This document shows, piece after piece, positions 28,999-32,000 of a stretch of DNA of 32,000 bases. Each line of letters begins with the position of its first letter. Position 1 is the first letter of the stretch. The DNA is from Nitrosospira multiformis ATCC 25196 (GTDB lineage: Bacteria > Pseudomonadota > Gammaproteobacteria > Burkholderiales > Nitrosomonadaceae). The position numbers and the translations under genes were made by a program. The stretch covers positions 2,250,001 through 2,282,000 of the forward strand of contig NC_007614.1 of NCBI RefSeq assembly GCF_000196355.1, read 5' to 3'. Under the pieces are notes generated by a model, which saw only the letters and a program-made list of their open reading frames with translations, was not told where the DNA came from and did not search any database.

Positions 28999-30138
28999 GT
29001 GATGTCGGAGATTCAAGGCAGCAATTCACCCGTGGTATTGCGCCGCGTTACCGGCGCTGATGGAATTCCGCGCGTGATTGTTGAAGGGAACTGCACTCTC
29101 ACTGCTTTAGGTGAGCGGATTCGACCGATTGCTGCGGAGCTTTCCGAGTACGCTACCGCGCCGGAAATAAGGTGGGATCTTACACAGATAGCCCGGATGG
29201 ATGACGCAGGAGCTGTTCTCCTGTGGCGCGGCTGGGGTAATCAGCGACCCCGGTATCTGCTTGTAAGACCCGAGCATGAAAGGCTTTTCGATCGCCTGGA
29301 AGAAACGTGGACCCCTCCTTCTGAAGCAGCACCGGATCGGCTGTGGCCGATTATGGTACTGGGAAAGGCAGTTTTCCTCTTGTGGGAGCATCTGGTCGGC
29401 CTGGTGATTCTGATGGGCCAATTGGTGCTGGAAATAAAGTATCTGGCCGGCCGTCCCTCGCGCATACCATGGCGAGAAATTTCGGCGAATTTGTATCGGA
29501 CCGGGGCGCAGGCACTGGGTATCACGGCCCTGGTGGGATTTCTCATCGGTGTAGTATTGAGCTATCTGTCTTCCCGGCAATTGCAAATATTTGGAGCGCA
29601 TGTCTTCATCGTCAACATCCTGGGCATCAGCGTTATCCGGGAGCTTGGACCCATGCTTGCCGCTATCCTGGTTGCCGGCCGTTCCGGTTCATCGATGACC
29701 GCGCAACTGGGGGTGATGCGGGTAACCGAGGAACTGGATGCCCTGACAGTCATGGGTATTCCCCACAGTCTTAGGCTAATCCTGCCGAAAGTGATCGCCC
29801 TGGGTCTTGCGATGCCACTCGTTGTGCTGTGGACCAGCGCTGTTGCACTGATAGGAGGAATGACCGTTGCCGAGCTACAGCTTGGGTTGGGCTACAAGTT
29901 TTTTTTGAGCAGGCTTCCGGATGCCGTGGCTGTTTCCAACTTATGGCTGGGACTAGGCAAAGGGATTGTATGCGGAATGGCAATTGCCTTGATTTCTTGC
30001 CACTTCGGTTTGAGAATCAAATCAAATACGGAAAGCCTGGGCGAAGGTACAACGAACTCGGTCGTCACATCCATTACCGTGGTAATTATTATCGATGCAA
30101 TTTTTGCCGTGATCTTTTCGGATGTGGGATTAAGATAA
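28999..30138 (+). CDS. MlaE-family ABC permease with N-terminal STAS-like domain
   Basis: STAS-like N-terminus (IRWDLTQIARMDDAGAVLLWRGW) fused to MlaE body (GAHVFIVNILGISVIRELGPMLAAILVAGRSGSSMTAQLGVMRVTEELDALTVMG). Confidence 0.9.
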   Translation: MMSEIQGSNSPVVLRRVTGADGIPRVIVEGNCTLTALGERIRPIAAELSEYATAPEIRWDLTQIARMDDAGAVLLWRGWGNQRPRYLLVRPEHERLFDRLEETWTPPSEAAPDRLWPIMVLGKAVFLLWEHLVGLVILMGQLVLEIKYLAGRPSRIPWREISANLYRTGAQALGITALVGFLIGVVLSYLSSRQLQIFGAHVFIVNILGISVIRELGPMLAAILVAGRSGSSMTAQLGVMRVTEELDALTVMGIPHSLRLILPKVIALGLAMPLVVLWTSAVALIGGMTVAELQLGLGYKFFLSRLPDAVAVSNLWLGLGKGIVCGMAIALISCHFGLRIKSNTESLGEGTTNSVVTSITVVIIIDAIFAVIFSDVGLR

Positions 30139-30150
30139 AGCGGGAGTCGC

Positions 30151-30930
30151 ATGCCGAAAAATAACTGCATTATCGAGGTGGAAGGGTTGTATACCCGGTT
30201 CGGCAATCACGTCGTGCATGAGAATATCGGACTTTGCGTACAGCGTGGAGAAGTATTGACGCTGGTCGGAGGCTCCGGTAGCGGAAAGACCGCGCTCATG
30301 CGGCAGATGCTCGGGCTTGAAACCCCCGCGCAAGGCACGGTGAAGGTTTTCGGAGAACCATTGCACGGCCGGAATCGCCAGCAGATACAGAACATGCGAA
30401 ACCGCTGCGGGGTATTGTTCCAGAAAGGCGCTCTGTTCAGCGCGTTGTCGGTCTATGACAATATTGCCTTGCCGATGCGTGAGCTGCGCACCCTGGACGA
30501 AGAGATGATTCGCGATCTCGTGATGCTCAAGCTTGAAATGGTGGAAATCGCGCCTGTCCATGCAAACAAGATGCCTGCCGAGCTTTCCGGGGGCATGATC
30601 AAACGCATCGCGTTGGCGCGGGCGATGGCGCTTAATCCGGAACTCCTGTTTCTGGACGAGCCAACGGCCGGGCTCGATCCAGAGCTCAGTGAGGGATTTG
30701 TCCGCCTTATCAAGACGATGCAATCCGAACTGACATTTACGATCATCATGGCGACTCACGACCTCGACACGCTGGTTGCGCTTTCCGATCGTGTCGCGGT
30801 GCTGGCGGACAAACATCTGGTGGCGTTGGGAACCGTGCGAGAGGTAATACACACTAAGCACGCTTTCATTTCCAATTTTTTCTGTGGCGTGCGCGGCAGG
30901 AAAACTTTGGAAAACAGCAGTATCTTATAG
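30151..30930 (+). CDS. MlaF-like ABC transporter ATP-binding protein
   Basis: Walker A VGGSGSGKTALM, LSGGMIKRIALARAMALNPELLFLDEPTAGLDP. Confidence 0.93.
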   Translation: MPKNNCIIEVEGLYTRFGNHVVHENIGLCVQRGEVLTLVGGSGSGKTALMRQMLGLETPAQGTVKVFGEPLHGRNRQQIQNMRNRCGVLFQKGALFSALSVYDNIALPMRELRTLDEEMIRDLVMLKLEMVEIAPVHANKMPAELSGGMIKRIALARAMALNPELLFLDEPTAGLDPELSEGFVRLIKTMQSELTFTIIMATHDLDTLVALSDRVAVLADKHLVALGTVREVIHTKHAFISNFFCGVRGRKTLENSSIL

Positions 30931-30939
30931 GGGGCGATT

Positions 30940-31845
30940 ATGGAAAACCGGGCCCACGCCCTTGCGGCTGGTTTATTCGTAATTATTCTGGGTACAGCGC
31001 TGGTGGCTGCCGTCCTGTGGTTCGGCGGGGACACCATGATGCGCAATAAATACATGCTCGTGTCGGAGATGCCGGTCTCAGGCCTGAATTCTCAGGCAAT
31101 AGTACGTTACCGGGGCGTAACGGTCGGAAAAGTCGAGAACATCAAGCTGGATAAAGAGGATCCGCATAAGATTCTGATTCAGATCGCAGTGGACAAGAAC
31201 GTGCCTTTAACCCGGAATGCATTTGCCCAACTGGGCTATCAGGGTTTGACGGGCCTGGCATACGTGCAGTTGAATGATGAGGACGGGGAAACCGAACAAC
31301 TGGAAACTGATTCGGATGAACCCCCTCAAATTCCCCTGCGCCCCTCATTATTCGACAGCATCACCAGTTCGGGCCAGCACCTGCTCGGTACTGCCAGCGT
31401 ATTGATCGAGAGAATGAATCTCCTCCTCGAAGATGAGAATCGGACCCGATTCATGCATATACTGGAAAATACGGAAAAGGCGACGGGACGCCTCTCCAGG
31501 GTTCTCAACCAGCTGGAGCCGGGGCTCAAAGCAATCCCGGGGCTGGCTGCCGATGCAAGTTCGGTGATGAAAAATGCTGACCAGCTTGTGGTCGACCTCA
31601 ACCAGATCACATCGAGGCTGAACCGGCAGGGAGGAGCCATCGACGGCCTTTCCGTAGCCACCGTAGAGCTGGGCGAAACCATGCGGTCATTGCGGGAAGC
31701 AACGGAAGGGATCAAAAATACCACCCGCAGTGTCGACCGAGTGCTACTCCAACTGGAAGATCAACCGACAAGTCTGCTGTTTGGCCGTCCTCCCCCGCCG
31801 CCGGGTCCCGGTGAGACAGGTTTTGTACCGCCAGGAAGTAGATGA
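30940..31845 (+). CDS. MlaD-like MCE-domain protein
   Basis: Single N-terminal TM, MCE-type segment VSGLNSQAIVRYRGVTVGKVENIKLDKEDPHKILIQIAVDKNVPLTRNAFAQLGYQGLTGLAYVQL. Confidence 0.92.
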   Translation: MENRAHALAAGLFVIILGTALVAAVLWFGGDTMMRNKYMLVSEMPVSGLNSQAIVRYRGVTVGKVENIKLDKEDPHKILIQIAVDKNVPLTRNAFAQLGYQGLTGLAYVQLNDEDGETEQLETDSDEPPQIPLRPSLFDSITSSGQHLLGTASVLIERMNLLLEDENRTRFMHILENTEKATGRLSRVLNQLEPGLKAIPGLAADASSVMKNADQLVVDLNQITSRLNRQGGAIDGLSVATVELGETMRSLREATEGIKNTTRSVDRVLLQLEDQPTSLLFGRPPPPPGPGETGFVPPGSR

Positions 31846-31846
31846 G

Positions 31847-32000
31847 ATGAAAAAATACCTTGTTCTTGCAGTGGCAATCGCAGCGCTGACGGCGTGCGCC
31901 GCTATTCGTAATCCAGCACCGGTAGCGGTATATGATTTTGGATTACAGCCCCTCCCTGTCGAGCCCAGTGCGGCTGAGACGGGGGGAAACAGGCAATTGC
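31847..32000 (+). CDS. ABC-type transport auxiliary lipoprotein (PqiC/YmbA-like), truncated by window end
   Basis: MKKYLVLAVAIAALTACAAIRNPAPVAVYDFGLQPLP: lipobox LTAC followed by a typical YDFG start; open to window end. Confidence 0.75.
   Translation, partial: MKKYLVLAVAIAALTACAAIRNPAPVAVYDFGLQPLPVEPSAAETGGNRQL

Noticed and set aside
30130-30861. 243-aa minus-strand ORF
   Set aside because: Antisense to the MlaF-like ATPase, whose Walker and signature motifs are clear.

Overview
The window looks like an ordinary betaproteobacterial chromosomal segment; gene content and order resemble Nitrosospira/Nitrosomonas-type genomes, but that is inference only. Supported coding content, left to right: a 5'-truncated GGDEF-EAL protein; aroC (-); an MDR quinone oxidoreductase; a divergent ADP-ribosylglycohydrolase-fold protein (-); an M17 aminopeptidase (-); overlapping thyA-folA; an ornithine/lysine decarboxylase-type PLP enzyme (-); dcd (-); an Mrp/ApbC P-loop ATPase (-); tRNA-Arg(ACG) with its own promoter and terminator; a probable integrase remnant; a TetR - DUF4242 - secreted TPR gene cluster; an RND permease and adaptor (-); an orphan LolD/YbbA-type ABC ATPase (-) divergent from tesA; a UspA-family protein; bamD (-) divergent from rluD-pgeF; a ZIP transporter; rimO; a monoheme cytochrome c'-like protein; a 1.2 kb non-coding stretch with repeats; and an Mla/MCE-type lipid transport operon running off the right edge. 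I found no CRISPR array, defence island or obviously new multi-gene system. The best second-look items are: (i) paired operator-like 17-mers, AAGACRACCRGTCRTAT, upstream of the TetR gene and the DUF4242 gene, with the TetR promoter placed so that its mRNA may be leaderless; (ii) three GGGAYAAGCT motifs, two of them forming an 11-bp stem, in the leader of the MCE operon; (iii) an inverted repeat filling the -35/spacer of the decarboxylase promoter; (iv) two divergent gene pairs whose start codons overlap in the tetranucleotide CATG; (v) an ADP-ribosylglycohydrolase homologue that appears to lack the canonical metal-binding motifs; (vi) an integrase-like fragment beside tRNA-Arg.
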